This document shows positions 38,353-47,649 of a stretch of 64,000 nt of DNA, piece by piece. The position numbers and the translations under genes are program-made. Each line of letters starts with the position of its first letter. Positions within the stretch are counted from its first letter, which is position 1. The DNA comes from an uncultured Gammaproteobacteria bacterium. GTDB taxonomy: Bacteria > Patescibacteriota > Microgenomatia > UBA12405. The stretch is taken from contig CAYXDV010000002.1 in NCBI GenBank assembly GCA_964463925.1, forward strand, positions 19-64,018, given 5' to 3'. The notes under the pieces were generated by a model. That model saw only the letters and a program-made list of their open reading frames with translations. It had not been told where the DNA came from and made no database searches.

Positions 38353-39462
38353 CTATAGTTTTGGCAGAACCGCCATTGGATCCATTCTCTTATTGTCTTT
38401 AAAAACTTCAAAATGTAAATGGGTACCAGTCGAACGTCCAGTTGAACCCATAGTTCCAATTTGTTGGTGTTGATGTACCACATCTCCAGCTTTCACCAAA
38501 AGTGAATTGTTCAACATGTGCCCATACAAGGTTTTATAGCCATTCCCGTGGTCAATAACTACATAGTTACCATATCCACCACCATTCCAGCCAGCCTTTA
38601 CTACAGTTCCACCTTGTGCAGCCCAAATAGGTGGGTTTGATCTATTGGCCAAATCTACCCCAGTATGAAACCAACCATATCTCTGAGTAATAATCCCATA
38701 GCTCGCCCATATAAAGTTGCCTTCTCCTTTTATTCCAGGTACTGGTGGAACTTCAGTTGCTATATTCTTAGGACGATCAGTCACCACGCTATTTGGTTTT
38801 ATACCATCAGGAACAAATAAGTCTTGCCCAGGATTCAAAGCGAAAGTTTCATCATTTGCAAAAGTATTGAATGGATAATCCACGATCGATTGTGGATCAA
38901 CTTGAAAATCTTTTGCAATCGAATAAATTGTTTCACCACGATTCACTGCATGTCTTACTCCAGATGCTGGCAAAATCCTAATTATCTGTCTTGGTTTAAT
39001 GCTATCAACTGTTTTTAAATTATTTTCCCATAAAATAGTATCGATACTTACTCCAAAGGTTTTTGCAATACTAGCCACAGTATCAGTTTCGGTTACTCGA
39101 TATTCCACTATTTCACCTTTGTTTCCTTCAGATACCTGAGTGTCAGCCACATAACTAGTATCATTTGCCAAAACAAACTGTGGATCATAAGTTCTTCTCT
39201 GGCCTCCTTTATTTAAAATCAAATTTTCAACCGAAGACGAAAAGATAATAACCAAAATCGTAAAGGTTGCCATACCTCCATGCAAAAACCATCCAGAAAA
39301 TCTACCCTGCTGACGATACATCAAACTGGTAATAATTTTTTTTATGAATGTACTCCAGCCAAGCAGCTGAGTTAATATTTCTGACCAAAAAATCATTTGC
39401 TCTTGCCAAAACAAGCCCCAATATTCCCACTCTCTACTTAACCAATTTAAAATTCTTTGCAT
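38353..39462 (-). CDS. LysM-domain M23-family peptidoglycan metalloendopeptidase
   Basis: Two LysM repeats (DTVASIAKTFGVSIDTILWENNL and ETIYSIAKDFQVDPQSIVDYP). M23 catalytic core HTGVDLA...GYGNYVVIDHGNGYKTLYGHM...GSTGRSTGTHLHFEV. Confidence 0.9.
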   Translation of the reverse strand: MQRILNWLSREWEYWGLFWQEQMIFWSEILTQLLGWSTFIKKIITSLMYRQQGRFSGWFLHGGMATFTILVIIFSSSVENLILNKGGQRRTYDPQFVLANDTSYVADTQVSEGNKGEIVEYRVTETDTVASIAKTFGVSIDTILWENNLKTVDSIKPRQIIRILPASGVRHAVNRGETIYSIAKDFQVDPQSIVDYPFNTFANDETFALNPGQDLFVPDGIKPNSVVTDRPKNIATEVPPVPGIKGEGNFIWASYGIITQRYGWFHTGVDLANRSNPPIWAAQGGTVVKAGWNGGGYGNYVVIDHGNGYKTLYGHMLNNSLLVKAGDVVHQHQQIGTMGSTGRSTGTHLHFEVFKDNKRMDPMAVLPKL

Positions 39463-40755
39463 CTATTTTTTGCCAAATTTGGCTAGGAACTCAGTGTTGT
39501 TTTTAGTCTTTTTCATTTGCTCAAGTATCATTTCTGTAATCTGTAATTTATCCATCAGTGCATCCATTGCCCTCCTCATTTGAGCAATTTTGTTATACAC
39601 TTCTGGAGCCATTAACAAGTCATCTCTCCTGGTTCCAGATGCCAAAACATTTACTGCAGGGTAAATCTTTCTTATTTCTGCCAATTCTCTTTCCAGCCTA
39701 ATTTCCATATTTCCGGTACCCTTAAATTCTTCAAAAATCAGCTCATCCATTTTTGAACCAGTATCTACCAATGCTGTTCCGATAATCGTCAATGATCCAC
39801 CATTTTCAATCTTTCTAGCAGCTCCAAAAAAACGTTTACTTGGATACAAAGCCGCAGGATCAAAACCGCCAGACAAGGTTCTTCCAGAAGTTGGCATCGC
39901 CAAATTATATGCTCTTGCCAATCTAGTGATCGAATCAAAAATTATAAAAACATCCTCACCCATTTCTACCAATCTTTTTGCTCTTTCCAAAGCAATCTCG
40001 GCAGCTTTAGTTTGTTCTTCTGGTTTTTGATCAAAAGAACTAGCAATCACCTCTCCTTTAATAAATCTTTGCATATCAGTTACCTCTTCTGGACGCTCAC
40101 CAACCAACACTGCCATCAAATGCACTTTTGGGTGATTTATGGCCACTCCAGCAGCTATCTCCTTTAAGAGGGTGGTTTTTCCAGCCTTTGGGGGAGACAC
40201 CACCATACCTCTCTGTCCAAATCCAATCGGAGCAAATAAATCTAAAACTCTTGTTGATAAAATCAAGGGGTCGGTCTCCAAAACAACCTGTTTTTGGGCA
40301 TAAATAGGAGTTAACTCTGAAAAGTTTGGTCTTCTCTTTGCCAAGGCAGGGTCAAATCCATTTATCGTTTCTATTTTTAACAACGCAGGATGTTTTTCGT
40401 TTTCGCGTCTAGAACGCATTAAGCCAACCACCATATCTCCAGGTCTAACCCCCCATTGACGAATTATCTGCGAAGCAATATAAGCATCCCCTGTTGCTGG
40501 AATAAATTTAGGTCTTAAAAATCCACCACCATCATTCATCACATCCACAACTCCAGAAATCCTGATTAACATTTCGGGTGTAGGTGCTTTTAAAACAGGG
40601 ACTGTTTGTCCCACAATAGGCGCCGGCACAACCGCAGGTTGAGCTGGTAATGCTATTGGTTTTACAGACACAGCAGGCTGTGGCGTAAACGAAACTTTAT
40701 TTTTTACAGATTCTAACTCTACTTCTGTTATAGGAGGTTTTTTGCGCGTTGGCAT
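39463..40755 (-). CDS. rho: transcription termination factor Rho (with divergent Pro/Val-rich N-terminal region)
   Basis: Walker A GFGQRGMVVSPPKAGKTTLL. Rho Q/R-loop region ...FIIFDSITRLARAYN.... 430 aa. Confidence 0.9.
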   Translation of the reverse strand: MPTRKKPPITEVELESVKNKVSFTPQPAVSVKPIALPAQPAVVPAPIVGQTVPVLKAPTPEMLIRISGVVDVMNDGGGFLRPKFIPATGDAYIASQIIRQWGVRPGDMVVGLMRSRRENEKHPALLKIETINGFDPALAKRRPNFSELTPIYAQKQVVLETDPLILSTRVLDLFAPIGFGQRGMVVSPPKAGKTTLLKEIAAGVAINHPKVHLMAVLVGERPEEVTDMQRFIKGEVIASSFDQKPEEQTKAAEIALERAKRLVEMGEDVFIIFDSITRLARAYNLAMPTSGRTLSGGFDPAALYPSKRFFGAARKIENGGSLTIIGTALVDTGSKMDELIFEEFKGTGNMEIRLERELAEIRKIYPAVNVLASGTRRDDLLMAPEVYNKIAQMRRAMDALMDKLQITEMILEQMKKTKNNTEFLAKFGKK

Positions 40756-40838
40756 GGGGAATACAAAGGGAAAAATCAGTTAACTATTGATTTTAATAAC
40801 TAACTTCGTCAAAGTCAAGATAAGGCAATTTTAATCGA

Positions 40839-43800
40839 TTATGGAGGAGCAATTGTCGAGCTAATCGTTTCAGGTGCCAAATAAGCTGTCTTCCAAACTA
40901 AAAAGTCGCCAAATGTCATTTGTCCTAAGTTATATCTATCTTTCCAAATCATAAAATCGCTAATATCGACTTTAGCATCATTATTGTAATCACCCAAAAG
41001 TGTACTACTACAACTGACACCATCTGTAGCACAGCTATTTGCACCGGAACCAGTGACCGTTCTACATGAATTGTTTACACAAGTCCTGTGGCAACACCTC
41101 CAATCAGTACCCAAGCCCCCATCGTTTTTACAGCCAGGTCCAGCACAAGCGCAGGCCACCGGAGTACCAGGGCAAGAATAAGTTGAATCACCAGCTCTAC
41201 TCAAATGTAGCTTTTGTACACAGCTTTCCATATTCTCAATTGGCCAACCACCTGCATAAGTATTAAATTGTAGGTCATTTACTACTTTGCCAGTTGCAGC
41301 ATCTGTCCCGCCTATGTCTCCGGCTTTTACTATCCAACTAAAAGTTTTTCTAGCTGTCGAAATTGTACTTACAGTCGCATTGTTTTGATAAGAAGGTTGT
41401 CCAGCAGTGGCTCCAATATGAACATTATCTCCAACCAATATCGCTGGACGTGCATTTCCGTTACTATCAGTATTTCCTATGTTATACATAGCCAAGGTGT
41501 TCCAATTACCAGTAGGATTATCAATAGTTGCTGTAACAGTTACGGTGTTCCCAACACTGGACATGTCTAAACTGCCAGAAGAAATACCAGAGCTAACACA
41601 ACGAACAGCTTCTGCCGTACACATTACCTGCGGACCAAATCTGTAAATCGAATGTCTAGGCCATTTTTCAAAAGGTTCAGCGACATAATAAGGCCAAACC
41701 CCAATATCATAAGATACCCCAGGAGTAAGATTTAGAGTAGTAGATCCCACTCCAGTTTTTTGATCACTAATCACAATCCATCTATCTTTGGGGTCATAGT
41801 TAGGATCAGTAGTAGTTGGTGTGTAATTTACATTTGTACTTCTATCATTAACCATAACCACATAGGCCAAAGGTGAAGTTCCAGCGTTGGCCGGTCTATT
41901 CCATGTCAAGATTTTACTGGAACAAGAATATCCATTGCCAACAGAAACAGTTGGGGCATTTAGATTTGGACCATACATATAACTAACGTCTTGCTCTACT
42001 CCACCAACATTCTTCACTACCCTCTTTTGTCCATTACAAGTATGTCCGGAATACATAGACCAATTACGATCTATATAACCATCCTTACAAATTCTAACTG
42101 CATTGTCAGCATCACTCCAGTCACACACAGCACCAACAGAACAGGGTTGAGATGTGGTAACTCTACTTAAATGTAATCTCTGTACACAGCTTTCCATATT
42201 CTCAATTGGCCAACCACCTGCATAAGTATTAAATTGTAGGTCATTTACTACTTTGCCAGTTGCAGCATCGATTCCAGAAATATCACCAGCTCTTACTGCC
42301 CAGGTAAAGGTCTTGTTAGGTCCAGAAGTACTTACCGCCGCATTGTCTTGATAAGATGGTTGTCCAGCAGTGGCTCCAATATGAACATTACCTCCTGTTA
42401 TTATTGCTGGTTTGGCATTGCCACCAGCATCAGTGTTCCCGATGTTATACATAGCTAACGAATTCCAATTACCAGTAGCATTGGCCATAGTAGCTATAAC
42501 TGTCACCGTATTTCCCAGGTTCGACATATCCAAACTGCCAGAAGAAATACTAGAGCTGACACAACGAACAGGAATTCTTGTTGGTGATGGACTGGTTGGT
42601 GAAGTACACATGATTTGTGGACCAATTATGCCAACTCCATGTCTAGACCATTGAGCATAATCTTCAGCTTTGTAATAAGGTTGTACTGCAATATCAATAG
42701 AATCATCTGCCACAAGACTTAGTGATTTACTAAGATTAATAGCTGATTGCTGATCATTAACCACAATCCATTGATCATTTGGATCTTTACCGGTTCCGGT
42801 ACCAGGCAAATAGGAATCATTCAACTTGTGATCATTAACCATAATCACATAGTTAATTAAATTAGAACCAGCATTAGTTGGTCTATTCCAGGTTAAAGTT
42901 GTATTACTACAACTGTATGTAATTGATGTAGGAGCTAGAAGAGCAGTAGAAGGTATGTTTGTTGGTGATGGATTGGTTCTACTCAAATGTAACTTTTGTA
43001 CACAGCTTTCCATATTCTCAATTGGCCAACCACCAGCATAAGTATGAAACTGTAAATCATTTACTACTTTGCCAGTTGCAGCATCAATTCCAGAAATATC
43101 ACCGGCTTTTACTGCCCAGGTAAAGGTCTTTCTAGTTGCCGAGACTGTATTTACAATCGCATTATCTTGATAAGAAGCAGTTGTACCACTATTGCCAATT
43201 TTTACATTACCTACAGCTGGCAACAAGGCATCTTTAGGATTGTTTGCACTATAGAGATTCTCTAGATTATACATAGCCAGTGAATTCCAATTACCAGTAG
43301 GATTATCAATAGTTGCCGTAACGGTTACGGTGTTGCCAACATTGGACATATCCAAACTGCCAGAAGAAATACTAGAGCTGACACAACGAACAGGAATCTT
43401 TGTCGGTGGTGGATTAGTTGGTGCAGCACACATGACTTGTGGACCAATTCGGTAAATCGAATGTCTAGACCATTTTCCATATGGCTCATTAAGATAATAA
43501 GGCCAAACCCCAATATCATAAGATACCCCAGGTGTAAGGTTTAAGGCCGCATATCCCAACGCAACCTGATGGTCAGTCACCACAATCCACTTGTCTTTAG
43601 GATCATAATTGGAAGCTGTAGAAGTGGGCACATAATCAGCATTTATACTCCTGTCATTAACCATTACCACATAAGCCATTGGAGCACCTAAAGAAGCATT
43701 GCTAGGCCTCACCCAAGTTAACCCTCCGCTAGAACAGCTATAACCACTATTATCTCCATATGCAGTTGGGGCATTTAAATTTGGACCATACATATAACTA

Positions 43801-44060
43801 ACATCAACACCAGAAGCATCAATCACTCTCTTTTGTCCATTACAAGTATGTCCGGAATACATAGACCAATTACGATCTATATAACCATCCTTACAAATTC
43901 TAACTGCATTGTCAGCATCACTCCAGTCACACACAGCACCAACAGAACAATCCTGGGCAGGTATTAGACTCGTGACTGCCTCCACTTTACCAACCACCCC
44001 AAATATCATAATAAACCCAAAAATTAGTACACCAAAAAGATCCATACTTAAACATAACAA
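40839..44060 (-). CDS. secreted 1073-aa repeat protein (three ~270-aa tandem modules + Cys-rich knot + C-terminal dockerin-like module)
   Basis: Signal/TM. The module VRCVSSSISSGSLDMSNVGNTVTVTATIDNPTGNW...IENMESCVQKLHLSR occurs three times. The shared CSVGAVCDWSDADNAVRICKDGYIDRNWSMY module occurs twice. C-terminus CKNDGGLGTDWRCCHRTCVNNSC...DYNNDAKVDISDFMIWKDRY...FLVWKTAY. Confidence 0.85.
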   Translation of the reverse strand: MLCLSMDLFGVLIFGFIMIFGVVGKVEAVTSLIPAQDCSVGAVCDWSDADNAVRICKDGYIDRNWSMYSGHTCNGQKRVIDASGVDVSYMYGPNLNAPTAYGDNSGYSCSSGGLTWVRPSNASLGAPMAYVVMVNDRSINADYVPTSTASNYDPKDKWIVVTDHQVALGYAALNLTPGVSYDIGVWPYYLNEPYGKWSRHSIYRIGPQVMCAAPTNPPPTKIPVRCVSSSISSGSLDMSNVGNTVTVTATIDNPTGNWNSLAMYNLENLYSANNPKDALLPAVGNVKIGNSGTTASYQDNAIVNTVSATRKTFTWAVKAGDISGIDAATGKVVNDLQFHTYAGGWPIENMESCVQKLHLSRTNPSPTNIPSTALLAPTSITYSCSNTTLTWNRPTNAGSNLINYVIMVNDHKLNDSYLPGTGTGKDPNDQWIVVNDQQSAINLSKSLSLVADDSIDIAVQPYYKAEDYAQWSRHGVGIIGPQIMCTSPTSPSPTRIPVRCVSSSISSGSLDMSNLGNTVTVIATMANATGNWNSLAMYNIGNTDAGGNAKPAIITGGNVHIGATAGQPSYQDNAAVSTSGPNKTFTWAVRAGDISGIDAATGKVVNDLQFNTYAGGWPIENMESCVQRLHLSRVTTSQPCSVGAVCDWSDADNAVRICKDGYIDRNWSMYSGHTCNGQKRVVKNVGGVEQDVSYMYGPNLNAPTVSVGNGYSCSSKILTWNRPANAGTSPLAYVVMVNDRSTNVNYTPTTTDPNYDPKDRWIVISDQKTGVGSTTLNLTPGVSYDIGVWPYYVAEPFEKWPRHSIYRFGPQVMCTAEAVRCVSSGISSGSLDMSSVGNTVTVTATIDNPTGNWNTLAMYNIGNTDSNGNARPAILVGDNVHIGATAGQPSYQNNATVSTISTARKTFSWIVKAGDIGGTDAATGKVVNDLQFNTYAGGWPIENMESCVQKLHLSRAGDSTYSCPGTPVACACAGPGCKNDGGLGTDWRCCHRTCVNNSCRTVTGSGANSCATDGVSCSSTLLGDYNNDAKVDISDFMIWKDRYNLGQMTFGDFLVWKTAYLAPETISSTIAPP

Positions 44061-44081
44061 TTATCTATTTCAAATGCAATA

Positions 44082-46481
44082 TTATTCCTCAATAATCCAG
44101 TTTTTAATCTTTGCAGCTAATGCGTTTTCTCCAAAATCAGCTAGTCCAGCTGCACCCCACATCTGAAAACAAGAAGACTGTGGGTCACAAGGAAAATTTA
44201 GAATAGTAAACCAAAAAACTTTCTCAGCACCTGATTTCAATTGATCATCTATCCACCAATCAAAATTATTAACAACGTTTCCAACTGAATTTCCTCCAGC
44301 TGGGATATTGGCAGATCTCTTAAAATATTGATCTATGTTTGTCTCAGTTACCCAAACAGGTATTTCCCCCCACCCCAAACTCTGTAAATATCTATGTGTC
44401 CTTGCCACCTCTTCTCCAGGCGGAATTATCGAATATGTATGTATATTCATCACATCAAAAGGTATTCCAACATTCCTCTTCTTTATTTCAGAAAGCATAG
44501 AGTTACCAATCAAGGCCGGTTCCCCAGGTTCTGCTATCTGCCAAGCACCAAAAGCATTTACTACTACTTTTGCTTCAGGATCTATTTTTTTTATTTCTCT
44601 ATAAGTCGCAATCAGCAAATCTGCATAACTTTGTTCTTTTGTCTTTCCTGGTTCAGGCACAAAAAAAGCGCTATCCACGTCTGCTTCATTCCAAATCTCC
44701 CAATTTTTTACTTTATTTTTATATCTAGTAACTACAGCATCCACATATCCAAGCCAGTCAGTTAAATTTTGAGCTGGATATTTTTCCCTTTCTGCAGGAA
44801 TAGAAACTGAACTTGGAGCTGAGCTAGCCCAAGCTGGAGATGTACCCAATATCACTGATAAGTTATCTTCAGTTTGATATAGATTCATCACATAATCAGA
44901 CGCAGCCCAATTCCATTGTCCCTTGTTTGTTTCTAACGCACGCCATGGAAGATCTTCTCTGGCCAATTTCAACCCCATACCTTTAAAAACCCCATATTGT
45001 TTCTCTACATTTTGTAATGCATCTTGGGGTGTTTTACCTCCTGCTCCTGTAGCCCAAACATAATAATTAAACAAATAATTACCCATCCCAAACTGACTTT
45101 TCCTTAATCCTCCTTTGGCCACATAAACATCCTTCCACTTTAGGAAATCACTTATTGCTAATTGATTTAGTACATATTTTTGCTTCCAATAAACAAAGTC
45201 ATTCAAGTCAATAAAGTTATCATGATTCACATCAGCAGGAGAATACACAGTCCCACACTTACTACCTTCTCCGTCACATTTATTATCACCACTGCCAGCA
45301 ACCGTACTGCAGGCATTATTCACGCATTCCCGATGACAACACCTAAAATCAGTGTTTGACCCTGCCTCGTTCTTGCAGGCACCACCTATACAAGAACAAA
45401 CACCAAAGGATCCTGTACATGCAAAGCTGGTATCTATCAAATGCATACCTTGCAGTTGCCAGTATCCCCAATTATCGCTTGCCGATAGTTCATAAGGAGC
45501 CCCAAAGCCAGCATAAATGTCGCTTATCCCGTAAATCTTTCCTTCTCTGTCACTCAATAGCCCAACATTGTGGGCAAAATCTGGAAAGTTATTTTCAGCC
45601 TCAATCATTCTTATTTCACTCCAGTTAACTCCATCTTGAGATGTTCTATACCCCAAAGCACTATTAGATGTATGCGAATTTTGTATTTGCATCATCACAA
45701 ATTGTTTATTCACCTCATCATATTTTATATCGGGTGAATGACCACGTACGTTGCTCAAATTCGTTTCTTTGGAAATAAAGTTTATTCCATCATCTGACGT
45801 AGCCATAAAAAGACCAGGGATCGATCGATATGCAGTATCATCCATATACCACATATAAGCTTTATTATCCCTCCAAACAACCGATTGTTGTCCGGCTCCA
45901 TACGGCGCATCCAATGTTGTTATATTTTTTGCTTTCACTATTTTCTTTGGAAATTGTGGGTTGTTTTGCCAAGTATTGTCTTCCGCTAAGGTTAAGTATG
46001 GGCCTTCTATATCTTGAGATCTGGCTACCGAAATATAGCTCGAAAACAAACTTGTGGCCAAATCAATTTCCAAGGCATTCGAATAATACAAATAGTAATA
46101 GCCATCTTTATAAGTCAAACTTGGATCACAAGCTGCCAGATTTTCATATTTACCAACTGAATTTTTTGTTTGTCGTGAAAATAAAACCACTTTTGGCTGG
46201 CTCCAAGTTTTTAGATCAGTACTTTTTACCAATCTAACAACATCCCATCCATCAGCCTCATCTATATTAATAGGTCTGCTGCAAAAAAAAGCATAGTAGG
46301 ATCCATTATCTTTTATCAAAGATGGAGCATAGGCGTAATTGTAACCACCCTTTTGGGGTAATGCTATTGGATTAGAAAAGTCAATTCTGTAGTCCTCGGC
46401 TTTTACCCAAGCTGGTTTTACACCAAAGATAAAGGCTATCAACCCTGCTATTGCCAATAATAAAGTTTTTTTAAATATCAT
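44082..46481 (-). CDS. secreted two-catalytic-domain protein: N-terminal GH43-like beta-propeller, internal Cys-rich knot + dockerin-like module, C-terminal GH5/GH39-like (clan GH-A) domain
   Basis: Signal peptide. ACDPSLTYKDGYYYLYYS, a GH43-type DPS...GxYYLYY motif. CKNEAGSNTDFRCCHRECVNNAC...DVNHDNFIDLNDFVYWKQKY...FLKWKDVY. NWEIWNEAD, a clan-A acid/base EIWNE motif, and VWVTETN, a nucleophile-like motif. Confidence 0.75.
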   Translation of the reverse strand: MIFKKTLLLAIAGLIAFIFGVKPAWVKAEDYRIDFSNPIALPQKGGYNYAYAPSLIKDNGSYYAFFCSRPINIDEADGWDVVRLVKSTDLKTWSQPKVVLFSRQTKNSVGKYENLAACDPSLTYKDGYYYLYYSNALEIDLATSLFSSYISVARSQDIEGPYLTLAEDNTWQNNPQFPKKIVKAKNITTLDAPYGAGQQSVVWRDNKAYMWYMDDTAYRSIPGLFMATSDDGINFISKETNLSNVRGHSPDIKYDEVNKQFVMMQIQNSHTSNSALGYRTSQDGVNWSEIRMIEAENNFPDFAHNVGLLSDREGKIYGISDIYAGFGAPYELSASDNWGYWQLQGMHLIDTSFACTGSFGVCSCIGGACKNEAGSNTDFRCCHRECVNNACSTVAGSGDNKCDGEGSKCGTVYSPADVNHDNFIDLNDFVYWKQKYVLNQLAISDFLKWKDVYVAKGGLRKSQFGMGNYLFNYYVWATGAGGKTPQDALQNVEKQYGVFKGMGLKLAREDLPWRALETNKGQWNWAASDYVMNLYQTEDNLSVILGTSPAWASSAPSSVSIPAEREKYPAQNLTDWLGYVDAVVTRYKNKVKNWEIWNEADVDSAFFVPEPGKTKEQSYADLLIATYREIKKIDPEAKVVVNAFGAWQIAEPGEPALIGNSMLSEIKKRNVGIPFDVMNIHTYSIIPPGEEVARTHRYLQSLGWGEIPVWVTETNIDQYFKRSANIPAGGNSVGNVVNNFDWWIDDQLKSGAEKVFWFTILNFPCDPQSSCFQMWGAAGLADFGENALAAKIKNWIIEE

Positions 46482-47649
46482 AGCTACCCTTCCAATCTAA
46501 AAATTTTGAAAGATTAGATGTTCCAGAGATATATCCTTGTTTCCAGAATAAGAAATCATTTAAATCAACTTTTCCATCTTTGTTCAAATCGGCATTATAA
46601 GAATCACATCCAAAAGTAACTGGATAATCAGTTTTCAATTCACCGCTCTTATACATTTCCTGCAAATGTAAACTTACATTTTTTACCCTAGACATAAATT
46701 CAGGATTTCTAATCATTGGCACTTCACCCAGATTAGCCGTAATTTCACCTGTCCCAGGCCATTCATAAAAATACCACCACATCAAACCAAAATTATCACT
46801 GTATTCTCTGGTAATGTTTATCTGTTCCATTAGTTGGTCTTCGCTGGGCCAGTAGATATTGTCTCTATTGCAATTAACAGTACCGCTAAGCAAACCACAA
46901 TTCCACATGCCCATACCTTGAATTATTCTATACAGATTCTTTGGCCTAGACATTTGGTTGGGAACATCTGCCACTCTATTCATTAATAGTTGAAGTAAGT
47001 TTCTAAGTTCACCTAGATTACGCATATAAGCAGGCGAGCCATCCTGCTTTTTTACAGTAGAATCATTTGGATTCCAATAAGGAAACCAGACTAAACCGGT
47101 CATGTCTGCATAATTGGTGTATAGCAAAGCTCTATCATCACCTGTGTTTACCATGTGTACCATTGTCGGATGAGCTGAGTCTATTTGTCTAATAAAATCA
47201 ATAATCGGCTTAAAATTCTTACGAACCACACCATCCATCGGCACGTTTATTTCTGGTTCATCAAAATACATATATCCATACAAACCTTCATTATTTTTTA
47301 TTCCATTCAACCAAGTTCTGAGTTGGTCTTGCATATTTACACTGCTGGCAAAATCTCCTCCTCCAACAAATCCAGTCATATTCAAAATAACTTTTACCCT
47401 TGCTGCCTTGGCTGCATTTAAGGCCTCCAGCGTAGACGACAAACTCCCATACCTACCCATTAAAATATTTGCCCCAGCATCATCTCTAATCTTTGTAGCA
47501 TAATCAGCCGTACCCCCAAAATTATGCCACACGGCAACTGGATATTCTTTTGTGCAAGTATCTTGCGATGCCAAAATTTTTATTGGATTAAACAGCTCCA
47601 AGATTAACAGTCCAAAAACAAACCAACAGTAAATGCTGAATTTAAACAT
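46471..47649 (-). CDS. secreted hydrolase-like protein with C-terminal dockerin-like module (paralog of 47642..48781)
   Basis: Signal peptide. YMYFDEPE segment, possibly a TIM-barrel glycosidase acid/base. C-terminus DLNKDGKVDLNDFLFWKQGY...FLDWKGSY. Confidence 0.7.
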   Translation of the reverse strand: MFKFSIYCWFVFGLLILELFNPIKILASQDTCTKEYPVAVWHNFGGTADYATKIRDDAGANILMGRYGSLSSTLEALNAAKAARVKVILNMTGFVGGGDFASSVNMQDQLRTWLNGIKNNEGLYGYMYFDEPEINVPMDGVVRKNFKPIIDFIRQIDSAHPTMVHMVNTGDDRALLYTNYADMTGLVWFPYWNPNDSTVKKQDGSPAYMRNLGELRNLLQLLMNRVADVPNQMSRPKNLYRIIQGMGMWNCGLLSGTVNCNRDNIYWPSEDQLMEQINITREYSDNFGLMWWYFYEWPGTGEITANLGEVPMIRNPEFMSRVKNVSLHLQEMYKSGELKTDYPVTFGCDSYNADLNKDGKVDLNDFLFWKQGYISGTSNLSKFLDWKGSYDI

